A model generated the notes under the pieces. That model was not told where the DNA came from. It was given only the letters and a program-made list of their open reading frames with translations, and ran no database searches. 64,000 nt of DNA from positions 10,239 to 74,238 of IMG/VR virus record IMGVR_UViG_3300050821_004765; one strand, written 5' to 3'. Shown here in pieces: positions 25,675 through 35,430 of this stretch. The DNA is from a virus. Numbering within the stretch: the stretch's first letter is position 1; the number at the start of each line of letters is the position of its first letter. Both the position numbers and the translations under genes were made by a program.

Positions 25675-26508
25675 ATGCGAGAGCAAGCTGAGGGCTATGG
25701 GGCGGCATTTGACCCGCGTGACCCATACACATCTCACGTTGCCCCGGCAACAGCAGAGCGCCCCATGCCTGTGCACGGTGAGATTTACGGCTTGCCGCAC
25801 TGGAGCTTGCTCGAAGGTGCCACTTCCAAATGGGTAAAGTGGCTGTTTCATGAGATAGAAGAGGCCACCCTGGCGGGGTTGCCAATTGCAGATACTTATG
25901 CTCACCATGAGTATAGGGCCGTTGTGGCGGCATTGATCAAACTCAGTCAACGAATGGAGCAAATTATGACATTGGTACAGATCGACCAGGTGGTACTTGA
26001 CACCTTCGCGCAGGAATTCGCAGCGGCTGTGACCGCTGTTGCGCAGGAGATCAACACCTTGCTGCAGAACGTGCAGCCCGCGCTTGGTAACGCTGACACC
26101 ACTGCGTTGCAGGCTGCGCTCAATAACTTGGTGGAGCTGGAGACGCCCTCCAGTGGGCCAGCCCCGACGCCCACGCCGGACCCTACCCCAACGCCGACCC
26201 CGGACCCCACTCCTACGCCCGACCCGACGCCTGCACCTGTAGCTACCGGACCAGTGGTGAGCGGTGTGAGCCCCAATACCGGCTCTGTAGCGGGTGGTGA
26301 GAGCATTACCATTTCTGGTAGTGGTTTTACCGCAGCGACGGACGTAACATTCGGCACGGAGCCCGCGACGGCTTTTGTGATCGTCTCGGACACCGAAATT
26401 ACTGCGACTGCCCCGGCAGCATCTGCTGCGGGTACGGTCGACGTGACAGTGACTGACGCCAGTGGGTCGAGTGCTACTGGCTCTGCCGACCAGTACACCA
26501 CCTCTTAA
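25675..26508 (+). CDS. IPT/TIG (Ig-like) domain protein with Pro-Thr linker; probable virion surface protein
   Basis: PVVSGVSPNTGSVAGGESITISGSGF..ATDVTFG...SDTEITATAP..GTVDVTVT; PTPTPD repeats at about 26160-26235; alternative start at 25966. Confidence 0.8.
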   Translation: MREQAEGYGAAFDPRDPYTSHVAPATAERPMPVHGEIYGLPHWSLLEGATSKWVKWLFHEIEEATLAGLPIADTYAHHEYRAVVAALIKLSQRMEQIMTLVQIDQVVLDTFAQEFAAAVTAVAQEINTLLQNVQPALGNADTTALQAALNNLVELETPSSGPAPTPTPDPTPTPTPDPTPTPDPTPAPVATGPVVSGVSPNTGSVAGGESITISGSGFTAATDVTFGTEPATAFVIVSDTEITATAPAASAAGTVDVTVTDASGSSATGSADQYTTS

Positions 26509-26561
26509 TAACCAAGACGAACGTCCCATAGGTAACGCGATAAGCTCACAAGGAGACAAAT

Positions 26562-26753
26562 ATGTTGCAATATATCGTCCTGTTTGAGGGCGTTGCCTAT
26601 GGGCCGTTCCTCACCAACGATGAAACGGTGAATGCGGCCAACACTGACGCTGAGTACTGGGCTAGCCATAACTGCTTTGGTGCCAGTATCATGGAGTTGA
26701 AGCCGCCTGCCTCGTTCTTGCCGCCGTTCCCTGCCAGCGAGGCCAAGGGTTAA
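26562..26753 (+). CDS. hypothetical protein
   Basis: AAGGAG SD. Confidence 0.65.
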   Translation: MLQYIVLFEGVAYGPFLTNDETVNAANTDAEYWASHNCFGASIMELKPPASFLPPFPASEAKG

Positions 26754-26780
26754 CCAACAACCACAACGCTAGGAGCAGCA

Positions 26781-27140
26781 ATGGCAAAAGGTCGAGGACA
26801 AACTGGTAAAGTCAACCTAAGTGCCGCAGCTGGCGCTGACCGCCGTAGTGGAGGCAAGAGCAGTGAGTTCGCCAGAGCCCGCAACGTCAACTCTTTCTCC
26901 GGTAAAGGCTCTACGACAGCGGGCGGCCCAGCTGCTAGTGTCCGTGGAAGCAGCCGTAAGCAACCAGCCTTCAATGGCTCCAATATGTATGGCATTACCG
27001 CCAAGGCTAGCAGCAGCCGAAACACTGGTAGCGCACCTAACGCAGCCCAAGGCAACAGCCGATTTGGCTCAGGCGGGGTAAAGGGCACGCCCAGCACTGT
27101 CAGCAAGGGCAAGACTCGGGGTGGTGGCCGTGGCCGGTAA
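26781..27140 (+). CDS. very basic G/S/K/R-rich low-complexity protein
   Basis: AGGAG SD; MAKGRG...; about 2 acidic residues in 119 aa. Confidence 0.7.
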   Translation: MAKGRGQTGKVNLSAAAGADRRSGGKSSEFARARNVNSFSGKGSTTAGGPAASVRGSSRKQPAFNGSNMYGITAKASSSRNTGSAPNAAQGNSRFGSGGVKGTPSTVSKGKTRGGGRGR

Positions 27141-27525
27141 GGGCAAGAAAATGGTGAAGCCCGGCAAGGGCAAATCCACCTTTGCTAGCAACTCGAGCAC
27201 TAGTAATTCTGCACCCCGTGCACCTGGACCTGCTGGTAAAGGTGGCAATTGGCGCGCAGGTATTGCACAGCACGGTGAAGCAAGTAGCACGCTTGGCATG
27301 GCAAGCCGCCCGTCAAGTAAGAGTCACATTGGTACGCCTGCTGTCCAAGGTTCCAGTACTGCCAATATGGGTGATAATTGCTCTACAAGTGGGCATAATG
27401 CGCCGCGTGGATTCTACGCGAAGAACGCTGCCAAAAAGGGTATACTTGCTGGAGGCAGTACCCCGCTAGCCAAGACTGGGACTCGCAACCCGGCAGCTCA
27501 GGTAACTGGCCCGTACGGGTTCTGA
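27130..27525 (+). CDS. very basic G/S/K-rich low-complexity protein
   Basis: Coupled to the upstream gene; start at 27130 or 27151. Confidence 0.65.
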   Translation: MAGKGKKMVKPGKGKSTFASNSSTSNSAPRAPGPAGKGGNWRAGIAQHGEASSTLGMASRPSSKSHIGTPAVQGSSTANMGDNCSTSGHNAPRGFYAKNAAKKGILAGGSTPLAKTGTRNPAAQVTGPYGF

Positions 27526-27541
27526 TGGAAGGTGGCGACAC

Positions 27542-27931
27542 ATGGCAAGAGGTAAGCGGAGCGGACGCCGCGCAGGCGGTCAGTCCATTGTGAGCGGTAT
27601 GCTTGCTGGCTCGAATGGTGACCTTGTCAGTCAAAGTGGTGGCCGAGCAACGTCGTTCCAATCCACAAATGGATCCAAAAAGAACAAGTATGGCCCTGGA
27701 AGCACTGGAGGCAAGAGTACGGGGACAGGTGGCTGGATTCCTGGCCGGACGTACGCGATTTACGGATCGCAGGGTGACTCCGCAGAAATGCGAAGCGGTC
27801 GCACTAAGACCCCGCAAGCAACCATAAAGACCACAGGCAATACCGGCGCCACTAACGCGAGCATTGTGATGCCGAAGGCGCTTGGGCCTAAGGGCTTTGG
27901 TGGTCAGTATCGGCTATCAAAAGGCTACTGA
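27542..27931 (+). CDS. very basic G/S/T/K/R-rich low-complexity protein
   Basis: GAAGGTGG SD; MARGKRSGRR.... Confidence 0.7.
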   Translation: MARGKRSGRRAGGQSIVSGMLAGSNGDLVSQSGGRATSFQSTNGSKKNKYGPGSTGGKSTGTGGWIPGRTYAIYGSQGDSAEMRSGRTKTPQATIKTTGNTGATNASIVMPKALGPKGFGGQYRLSKGY

Positions 27932-28395
27932 TGATAATTGGTATTTGTGAAGGCGTTTCTGGCGTATTAAATTACACGCCATCATATTGGGATTCGCCTG
28001 AATACCAAAGAGTACACGCCTTGGTGCGCAAACTCTATGGCCCAGCCATTGAATATATTTGCATACAATGTAGTTGTAGTGCCCAAGTTTGGGCCTGGCA
28101 ACACGGTGAAGATCCAAGTTTGCCCAGTAGTTATCAGCCAATGTGTGTATGGTGCCATAGGTATTATGACAATACTCAACAATGGCGTGAAAATATTAGT
28201 TTGGGGCAAATAGGAAATAATAAAGGCCAAGGGATCAATAATGGTAGTGCTAAACTATCTGAAAAAGATGTGCTAGAAATTAGATCACTATATAGCACTG
28301 GCAATTTTAGTCAAACTAATCTTGCCAATATTTATGATGTGAATCAAAGTAGGATAAGTAGTATCGTGACTCGAAGAACTTGGAGACACATCTGA
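27931..28395 (+). CDS. HNH-like homing endonuclease with C-terminal HTH
   Basis: CIQC...H...CVWCHRYYD; NNGSAKLSEKDVLEIR...QTNLANIYDVNQSRISSIV; AT-rich; TGATG overlaps at both ends. Confidence 0.75.
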   Translation: MIIGICEGVSGVLNYTPSYWDSPEYQRVHALVRKLYGPAIEYICIQCSCSAQVWAWQHGEDPSLPSSYQPMCVWCHRYYDNTQQWRENISLGQIGNNKGQGINNGSAKLSEKDVLEIRSLYSTGNFSQTNLANIYDVNQSRISSIVTRRTWRHI

Positions 28396-28736
28396 TGCCA
28401 GTCCACACTCCTGGAGCAATTAATAGCTCCGGCAATGATGACCAGGGTGCGCAGCAGACTAACCTTGCGAAACAGTACCCGAACACTGTCGATACCTTGG
28501 CTGGTATGCAGTACCCCGATATGGGCGGTGGACCAGACAGTAACGCACTACGGTTGCCATACCAGACCGCACACCCGGCCAGTACTCCAGCGGTAAATGA
28601 CCCGGGCTTTGGTGCATACTACTTGAACCAGAGCGACCCGATTGTCGGCACTAAGAAAAACCCAGTGCCGGATTTCCCACAGTATGGGACAAGTCTCAAC
28701 GAGGGCACCACTTACGCCGCACACTCTGAGGAGTAA
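28395..28736 (+). CDS. hypothetical P/Q/N-rich protein
   Basis: GGAG SD; TGATG overlap. Confidence 0.65.
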   Translation: MPVHTPGAINSSGNDDQGAQQTNLAKQYPNTVDTLAGMQYPDMGGGPDSNALRLPYQTAHPASTPAVNDPGFGAYYLNQSDPIVGTKKNPVPDFPQYGTSLNEGTTYAAHSEE

Positions 28737-28738
28737 CC

Positions 28739-29263
28739 ATGGCTAAGCGCAATGGCGCTGCAGGTAAGGGCGTTGGCCCTATGCAGTTTGGTAAAAGCAC
28801 GATTGGCTGGGGCGCGAGTGCTAGTCCTGCGGCTTACGCAATGGGTCGGGCGTACGGGAGTATCCCGACAAGTCGTACTGCGGGAACCCAGCGGTCGGCA
28901 CGGGGCGGTGGCTACCGGCGTATCCTGAACCCGTGGGGCAATAATGTCCCGAAGGCTAGCGCGGTTGGCGCGAATGGTATTGGCCAGAGCAAGTTCCAGC
29001 TAAACTTCAAGGCAGTTGGCGGCCGACGGATGCCAATTCAGGCACCCGACCAGATTCGCATCGACTACCCCGCCAATGACCCGCGTCGTTGGCCTATTGC
29101 CGGCGGCAAGACGTTGATCTTCAACCAGGCTGGGAAGGCGAACCGCCACAACGCCTTGGTGAACCACGCTTATGTGCGTGCTGGATATGGCCAGTACAAT
29201 AGCCCGACGTACTCTGGTACTGACGCGCAGTACGCTGAAGTGCCATACGCACCGAGCGTCTAA
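28739..29263 (+). CDS. basic Gly/Ala-rich protein
   Basis: GAGGAG SD; MAKRNG...; contains WPIAGG. Confidence 0.7.
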   Translation: MAKRNGAAGKGVGPMQFGKSTIGWGASASPAAYAMGRAYGSIPTSRTAGTQRSARGGGYRRILNPWGNNVPKASAVGANGIGQSKFQLNFKAVGGRRMPIQAPDQIRIDYPANDPRRWPIAGGKTLIFNQAGKANRHNALVNHAYVRAGYGQYNSPTYSGTDAQYAEVPYAPSV

Positions 29264-29709
29264 TGGCAGTATTCTTCAATGGTACATTCCTACGGGAATT
29301 GCGGCGTGAAACTGAACGGCACTTTCGCCGTGAAACTGCCGATAGGGGCGTAAGGTCAATTGCCCATGCCATCACTGGATCGTTATCTCCTAGGAATAGT
29401 TTCGCTGGCCTTGGTACTCGGCGTGTTCTCTCTGGCCGCGGTCGAACTCAGGCTCTACGCAGCCCACTTTCTCAGCAAACTGGAACAAGTAAGACCCAGT
29501 ACAGCAGTCCAGGCAACCAGTCAAAATCTAGTGTTGGGCGGGGTCGGAATGCACAAAAAGGACCAACCACAGGCACGAGTGGCACTGCTGGCACACGAGC
29601 GGCAACAAGCGGCACAACTGGGACAAGAGGAACCTCACCAACTAACTTTCAGCGAGTTTCTGCTCGCAAGGCCGCACGAAACCACGGCAAGAAGTATACT
29701 CAATCATGA
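29263..29709 (+). CDS. basic R/T/S/G-rich protein
   Basis: TAATG overlap upstream; ATGA overlap with the terminase. Confidence 0.65.
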   Translation: MAVFFNGTFLRELRRETERHFRRETADRGVRSIAHAITGSLSPRNSFAGLGTRRVLSGRGRTQALRSPLSQQTGTSKTQYSSPGNQSKSSVGRGRNAQKGPTTGTSGTAGTRAATSGTTGTRGTSPTNFQRVSARKAARNHGKKYTQS

Positions 29710-31322
29710 GCTTGCTGGACCCGTGGGCGATCTGGGGACACCAACGTGTTAACTGGCGTCCCCACCAAGATCAAATCAATATTCTCGAGTCTCGAGCAAG
29801 ACACCGAGTTTGGTGTGCTGGTCGACGCACCGGCAAGTCAGACTTGGGCGGTAACTCCCTCTTGCCAGAAGCTTTTTACACAAAGTCTGTCGCAAACGAC
29901 TGGCTCAAGCTCGGTAAGCGCCGTGAATTTTGGATAGTTGGGCCAGAGTATTCTGACTCTGAAAAAGAGTTCCGTGTTATTTACAATAGACTTAAGTCTC
30001 TGCAAGTACCCTTCGACCGCCCCGGGACATATTACGACCCCATCGGGCACAACATGCATATTTCGCTGTGGGAAGGGGCCTTCCAGGTCCACGCTCACTC
30101 TGCCAAATATCCTGACCACCTCGTCGGTGAAGCGCTCTGTGGCGTACTGATGGTAGAAGCCGCAAAGGCTAAGCCGTCAATTTGGCATAAGTACATTCGA
30201 CCAATGCTCAATGACTATAAGGGCTGGTCAATGCATACGAGTACCCCAGAAGGAAAGAACCACTTCTTTGAGAAGTATGAAATGGGACAAGACCCATTTA
30301 ACTCTGAGTGGGAGTCTTGGCGCGTGCCTTCTTGGCACAATCCTTATGTGCATACCATCAGGACTGTCGATGAGCACGTTAAGTTTATGCTTGATATCAT
30401 GGTTGACCACCCCAGCATGTCTGCCGCTAAGATTTGTCGTCAGCACAACCTACAGATAGATAAAGAAATTATCGACTTGGCAGATGATCTGTCCGTCGAA
30501 ATGTTTAAACAGGAGATTGCAGCAGACTTTACCGAATTCGTCGGCCAAGTCTTTAAGGATTACGACGAGGAATATCATGTCGGTAACTTGGAGTTTGAGC
30601 CTGAATGGCAAACGTTTGCTGGCGTTGACTACGGATATACTAACCCCAACGTTTGGCTACTCATACAAGTTGGCCCTTGGGGAGAGATTAATATTCTCGA
30701 TGAAGTGTACGAGCCAGGACTTACGGCTGACCAATTTGCTGAGGAAATTAAGAGACGAGGCCTCAACCCTCCGCAGCTCCGCATCTTTTACCCAGACCCC
30801 GCTGACCCAATGTCCTCAAGGACACTGGAAGACAAGCTTAGGATAAAGGCATCAGGCGGCACCGGCGGGGAGCTGCCAATTCGCATCAACCTAATTCGCG
30901 AGAAATTGCGAAAAGGCCGTATTGATATGAGCCAGAGTGCCTTAAGTGAGCAGAACGCAGATAAATGGCGGCCGCAGTTGATGATTGACCGGAAATGTGC
31001 GCGATTGCGGTCTGATATGATGGCATATCGGTACCCTGAACGCAAGGATGACAAAGAAGATTCCTTGCCACGCTTTGAATTGCCAATGAAAAAGGATGAC
31101 CACGGACCAGAAGCGCTTGGTCGGTTCATGATCGGGTTCTTCGGGGCCGGTGAACTCCATGGTCACGGCGGTACTCGGGTCCGCAAGGGTAATGTGTCAC
31201 GTCGGCACACCCAAAAAACCACACAACGTCAAGATTACCGTTCGGTGTCACCGCCGATGAAGCCATTGAGTAGTATGATTACTACTAAATCAGGCTTTCC
31301 CAACTGGAAGGAATGGCGTTAA
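29706..31322 (+). CDS. terL: terminase large subunit
   Basis: AGRRTGKS Walker A, VLMVEAA Walker B variant, TSTPEG, GVDYGYTNP and DDHGPEALGR nuclease motifs. Confidence 0.93.
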   Translation: MSLLDPWAIWGHQRVNWRPHQDQINILESRARHRVWCAGRRTGKSDLGGNSLLPEAFYTKSVANDWLKLGKRREFWIVGPEYSDSEKEFRVIYNRLKSLQVPFDRPGTYYDPIGHNMHISLWEGAFQVHAHSAKYPDHLVGEALCGVLMVEAAKAKPSIWHKYIRPMLNDYKGWSMHTSTPEGKNHFFEKYEMGQDPFNSEWESWRVPSWHNPYVHTIRTVDEHVKFMLDIMVDHPSMSAAKICRQHNLQIDKEIIDLADDLSVEMFKQEIAADFTEFVGQVFKDYDEEYHVGNLEFEPEWQTFAGVDYGYTNPNVWLLIQVGPWGEINILDEVYEPGLTADQFAEEIKRRGLNPPQLRIFYPDPADPMSSRTLEDKLRIKASGGTGGELPIRINLIREKLRKGRIDMSQSALSEQNADKWRPQLMIDRKCARLRSDMMAYRYPERKDDKEDSLPRFELPMKKDDHGPEALGRFMIGFFGAGELHGHGGTRVRKGNVSRRHTQKTTQRQDYRSVSPPMKPLSSMITTKSGFPNWKEWR

Positions 31323-33037
31323 TGCCAATTGATCCGCGGCAATACGATTCCGCGATTGATTACATTGACTCTGACGCTGAATTCAGTAAGTCTATTGGCA
31401 ATATGGCCAATATGGACGATAAATTACGTATCAAGTGCTATGAACTGTACGAAGATATGTACAATAACCGTCCAGAACATATGCGAGTGGTCCTCCGTGG
31501 AGAGGATGAAGACGCTGTTGAGATCTATATGCCTAGTGCCAAGAAGGTAATTGAGGCAATTACTCGGTTTTTGTGCGTTGGCTGGGACTATTTCATCGAT
31601 GCAAACGTTGGTAGCACCGATGACCAGAGAGATATCGATAATGCACTAGCAAATCTCTTCAAAAAGCAGCATTTTTACCGTAAATTCAACCAAATGAAGC
31701 GGTATATGCTTATGAAAGGGGATGCTTGCTTCCATGTTTTGGGGAAGGATTGGGAGCGTGCAGGCCATCGAATTGCGATTGAAGAGCTAAAGCCAGAACA
31801 CTACTTTCCAATTGAAGACCTTGTAACCGGCGAGCTGATGGGATGCCACATTGTTGACATTATCAGGAACCCCAGAACAACGCCGAATACTAAGCGATAC
31901 GCCCCAGAATACGTTGCTAGACGTCAAACCTATCGCAAAGAGGTCGATGACAACTTGGTGCCGACGGGTCGAATTACGACTGAACTCACACTATGGGAGA
32001 TAGGTCGTTGGGACGACCGCATTCCTTGGCTAGAGCTAGCTTGGGTCGACACCATCACAATGGAAGAGTACCTGCCAGAGGCAATTAACGAATTGCCAGT
32101 GTACCACTTTGCAAATAACCCGCCACCAACGAGCACATTTGGTATGTCAGAGCTGGCGGGGGTCGAAAGCCTCATTAATGCAATAAATCAGGCCATGTCC
32201 GACGAAGATCTGACTTTGATTACCCAAGGTTTGGGGGTGTATTGGACCGATGCAAGTGCACCTAAAGGCGCTGATGGTCAGATTGCTGAGTGGGAAATTG
32301 GCCCCGGTTCAGTCGTTGAGATTGGTGCCGGTGGCAAATTTGGTCGTGTTACTGGCGTTAGCTCTGTCACTCCTTATCTTGAGCATATATTGGCCTTGGA
32401 TGAGTCCCTTCAACAGGCGCTCGGCGTGCCTGATATTGCTATCGGTATGGTGGATGTCGCTACTGCTGAGTCTGGGATCGCGCTAAACTTCAAACTTGGG
32501 CCGATGTTGGCTAAGAATGCTGAAAAAGAGCTATTCATCATTGAAGTGGCTGACAAGCTACTAGAAGACCTGGTCAACGCCTGGTTGCCGGCATATGAAA
32601 ATATTGCAGTTGACGGGATTTCTGTAACGTCAACTGTAGAAGACCCCATTCCCAAGAATGATTCACAGCTACTGCAGGACTTGTTGGGTGTTTGGGGCGA
32701 GTGCAGCGAATATCTGCCGGTTGGCTTCCTATTCCAGCAGTTGAATACCATTATGAATTGGGATCTTACGCATGAGGACTTCATGCAAGCTCTCAAAGAT
32801 CAAACTCTCATTGCTCAAATGCAAGCTGCTGCTAATCCGCAACCTGCACCAGGCGCTGCTGGACCCAATGGTAAACCAGGGGCTGCACCGCCAAAGCCGA
32901 GTGCTGGCGCTAATGCAAGTCAAATTGATAACTTGACGAAGTACACGCAGTCTGAACGGCTAAGTAAGCAAACTGGAATCCGTGGTGGATACAACTCTGC
33001 TGGAGTTTCCGCTGCGCTCTCAAGTGGGGAAATTTAA
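31313..33037 (+). CDS. portal protein
   Basis: Follows TerL; 574 aa; LPVYHFAN...FGMSEL and ESGIAL motifs. Confidence 0.88.
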   Translation: MALMPIDPRQYDSAIDYIDSDAEFSKSIGNMANMDDKLRIKCYELYEDMYNNRPEHMRVVLRGEDEDAVEIYMPSAKKVIEAITRFLCVGWDYFIDANVGSTDDQRDIDNALANLFKKQHFYRKFNQMKRYMLMKGDACFHVLGKDWERAGHRIAIEELKPEHYFPIEDLVTGELMGCHIVDIIRNPRTTPNTKRYAPEYVARRQTYRKEVDDNLVPTGRITTELTLWEIGRWDDRIPWLELAWVDTITMEEYLPEAINELPVYHFANNPPPTSTFGMSELAGVESLINAINQAMSDEDLTLITQGLGVYWTDASAPKGADGQIAEWEIGPGSVVEIGAGGKFGRVTGVSSVTPYLEHILALDESLQQALGVPDIAIGMVDVATAESGIALNFKLGPMLAKNAEKELFIIEVADKLLEDLVNAWLPAYENIAVDGISVTSTVEDPIPKNDSQLLQDLLGVWGECSEYLPVGFLFQQLNTIMNWDLTHEDFMQALKDQTLIAQMQAAANPQPAPGAAGPNGKPGAAPPKPSAGANASQIDNLTKYTQSERLSKQTGIRGGYNSAGVSAALSSGEI

Positions 33038-33816
33038 TGACCATTGTTCTGACTAAACTTATCGAACGACCTGACAATCCATTCCGGCTAGGGCGTCATC
33101 AGGAGCATGATGAACGAGCATGGCACTTTCCAACTCCCTGGAGTAAGCCACAAAACATTAGTAAGTTCTGGACAACCGCCGCTCCCATCTTGGACCAGGG
33201 TAATGTCGGTAGTTGTACAGGAAACACTGTGGTTGACGTTGTCAACACTGACTTGTTTACGCCGATCAGGACAGCAAAAAATCATGGCAATTACCTGGTT
33301 GAAGCCGATGCTCTCAATATCTACTCAAAAGGCACCTATCTCAGTGCTATCGGCGGTGGTCAGACCTATCCACCCGACGACCCAGGTTGTACCGGACCGG
33401 CTGTAGCTAAGGCTGCAGAGGATTTGGGGCTATTTGACAAGTACCTACACTGCTTTAACTGGGATCAATTTTGCGCAACTATTGAGCAAACACCGGTAAT
33501 GCTTGGGACACCGTGGACCCAGCAGATGTTCGACCCTGACCAGGACGGATTCTGTAGAGTTGGCGACATTAATGATAGCACTCTTGCTGGCGGACATGAG
33601 TATATGGGTCGCGCGATTGACTATGAAAACACTCGCGTACTTTGCCGCAACCACTGGAACGCACAGTGGAATCCAGAACAGATTGATCAAAAAGATCCTG
33701 GCGAGTTCTGGCTATCCTTTACTGATCTGCAGTCATTGCTTCAAAATGGTGGCGATGTCACCGTCCCATTCGCAGCAGGTTGCACCCCTCAACAAGGAGT
33801 AAATGAAAATGGCTAA
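33037..33816 (+). CDS. papain-like (C1) cysteine peptidase
   Basis: DQGNVGSCTGN (Gln/Cys), GGHE (His), RNHW (Asn). Confidence 0.85.
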   Translation: MTIVLTKLIERPDNPFRLGRHQEHDERAWHFPTPWSKPQNISKFWTTAAPILDQGNVGSCTGNTVVDVVNTDLFTPIRTAKNHGNYLVEADALNIYSKGTYLSAIGGGQTYPPDDPGCTGPAVAKAAEDLGLFDKYLHCFNWDQFCATIEQTPVMLGTPWTQQMFDPDQDGFCRVGDINDSTLAGGHEYMGRAIDYENTRVLCRNHWNAQWNPEQIDQKDPGEFWLSFTDLQSLLQNGGDVTVPFAAGCTPQQGVNENG

Positions 33817-33982
33817 GCCGAATGCAAAAGCAAAGCTCGGGTCTGGCGGACGTTTTGCCGCTGTCGCCAAGTCAGCTGGCGGGGGCAAGAAGGGTGCAGC
33901 TATTGCTGCAGCCGTAGGTCGTAAGAAATATGGTGCTAAGAAAATGGGTGCCATGGCCGCAAAGGGCCGCAAGAAGAAGTGA
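33809..33982 (+). CDS. 57-aa K/A/G-rich basic protein (not in ORF track)
   Basis: MAKPNAKAKLGSGGRFAAVAKSAGGGKKGAAIAAAVGRKKYGAKKMGAMAAKGRKKK; AAGGAG SD; GTGA overlap downstream. Confidence 0.75.
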   Translation: MAKPNAKAKLGSGGRFAAVAKSAGGGKKGAAIAAAVGRKKYGAKKMGAMAAKGRKKK

Positions 33983-34743
33983 CTTACGTTTGGTACGTTG
34001 GTAATGCTAACGTCCGAACAATCACAGTTGTTGATTGGTCGTCAATTGGCATCACTGTTACCGGGGATACTACTTGGGACCAAGATAATGGTTGGTCAGT
34101 GCCAACATCATCACTTTCTGGTCCACAACTCACCTATTTAGAGTCAGAAACTTCATTCGTCACCGGGCAAACGGATGCAGAACGTCCAACACCGGCAGTA
34201 AATAATGATGGTGGCGGTTCATCTGGGCTACCTGCATCGCAAAATACCGGCACGAAATTTCTTTGTGACTCTATTTCATGGCAACCAGTAATTGGTGCTA
34301 ATGTTGAGACTACAGTAACTTTCACTGTTAGTGGTTCTACATACACTGAAACAGAATCTGTTGATGCAGCAATATCATATGCTTATAATCTTGCATTCTA
34401 TGCCGTTAATCTTGCACAGTCTGGTGTAGCATATAGCATACAAAATGTGCTAACTGGTGCATCCGCTACTGAAATGTCTGGCGCTTACTGTGGACTTGGG
34501 GTTTCAAATATTGTCGACCCTCAAGGCCAAGTCTGTACACTATCCATAGGATTACAAGTCAATAGCGGTATTCTAGCCGGCATGATTTCTCGGTGGCTGG
34601 TTGTCAGCGCCGGTACAGTAGAATTTACTATGGAGTCTGGTGTTACAATTAAAAGTGTTACTGGAGCAGCAACGATGACCCAAATGGGCGTAGCAACTTT
34701 CTATTGCCTAGGCAATGACGAATGGCTCTTGGATATTACATGA
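33979..34743 (+). CDS. putative virion structural protein
   Basis: N-terminal 60 aa resemble 40307..40657; beta-rich C-domain. Confidence 0.65.
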   Translation: MTYVWYVGNANVRTITVVDWSSIGITVTGDTTWDQDNGWSVPTSSLSGPQLTYLESETSFVTGQTDAERPTPAVNNDGGGSSGLPASQNTGTKFLCDSISWQPVIGANVETTVTFTVSGSTYTETESVDAAISYAYNLAFYAVNLAQSGVAYSIQNVLTGASATEMSGAYCGLGVSNIVDPQGQVCTLSIGLQVNSGILAGMISRWLVVSAGTVEFTMESGVTIKSVTGAATMTQMGVATFYCLGNDEWLLDIT

Positions 34744-35009
34744 CTATGGTAAAGCGCGCTATGAAGGCTGCCGGGCACTACCCACCAGGTACAATACCGG
34801 GTCAGCCAGCTGCTGGGCATCATCCATTCAAATCTCAAGCCCAATGGAGGTTATTCTTTGCTAACCCCAAGCTTCGTCGTTGGGCCATTGGTAAGGCGCA
34901 CGCAACTGGTGGGCATCACGAAATCACCCAGAGGCTCAAATATAGTCCGGCATATCGGAGTCTCCCTGATCGTAAGCTTTCGACAATTCAGCGAGTACCA
35001 ATTCGATGA
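34740..35009 (+). CDS. basic hypothetical protein
   Basis: PFKSQAQWRLFFA motif; ATGA overlaps at both ends. Confidence 0.65.
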   Translation: MTMVKRAMKAAGHYPPGTIPGQPAAGHHPFKSQAQWRLFFANPKLRRWAIGKAHATGGHHEITQRLKYSPAYRSLPDRKLSTIQRVPIR

Positions 35010-35389
35010 ACTTCACTTACCACCGGGTTGAGCCGCGCACCATTTCTAAATACCAAGCTAGAATTCTCAAGAGAATTGCGCACTCTGAATTGCCAATCGA
35101 AGCCTGTGGAGTAATATTACGCGATGGCACCATCGTGGAATACCCGAATACTTGTCCAAATCCAGAGCATGGCTTCGATTTTGCAGCGCAATTGAACCAT
35201 AATATCAAAGCTATTTGGCACTCACATCCAAATGGACTTACCACACCTAGTGACGATGACTTACCAATGATCGAAACGCTCGCCAGGCGGGGTTTCAATT
35301 GTCATCACCTTATTGTAACTGCAGAAAATGTCTATGAATACGCGGCAGATTTTAGTCAAGTAGCTTCCGCGTCTCAGTGTCAAACGTAG
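35006..35389 (+). CDS. JAB/MPN (Mov34) metalloprotease
   Basis: EACG...WHSHPNG..TPSDDD, an intact JAMM motif. Confidence 0.9.
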   Translation: MNFTYHRVEPRTISKYQARILKRIAHSELPIEACGVILRDGTIVEYPNTCPNPEHGFDFAAQLNHNIKAIWHSHPNGLTTPSDDDLPMIETLARRGFNCHHLIVTAENVYEYAADFSQVASASQCQT

Positions 35390-35430
35390 TAAAGTATCTG
35401 TCAACTACCGTTTATTAGGAGTTAGCTAAA

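Noticed and set aside
25429-26559. Long antisense ORFs (25429..26559, 41170..42051, 4930..5742, 51949..52662)
   Set aside because: Shadows of codon-biased real genes on the opposite strand; no recognisable motifs.
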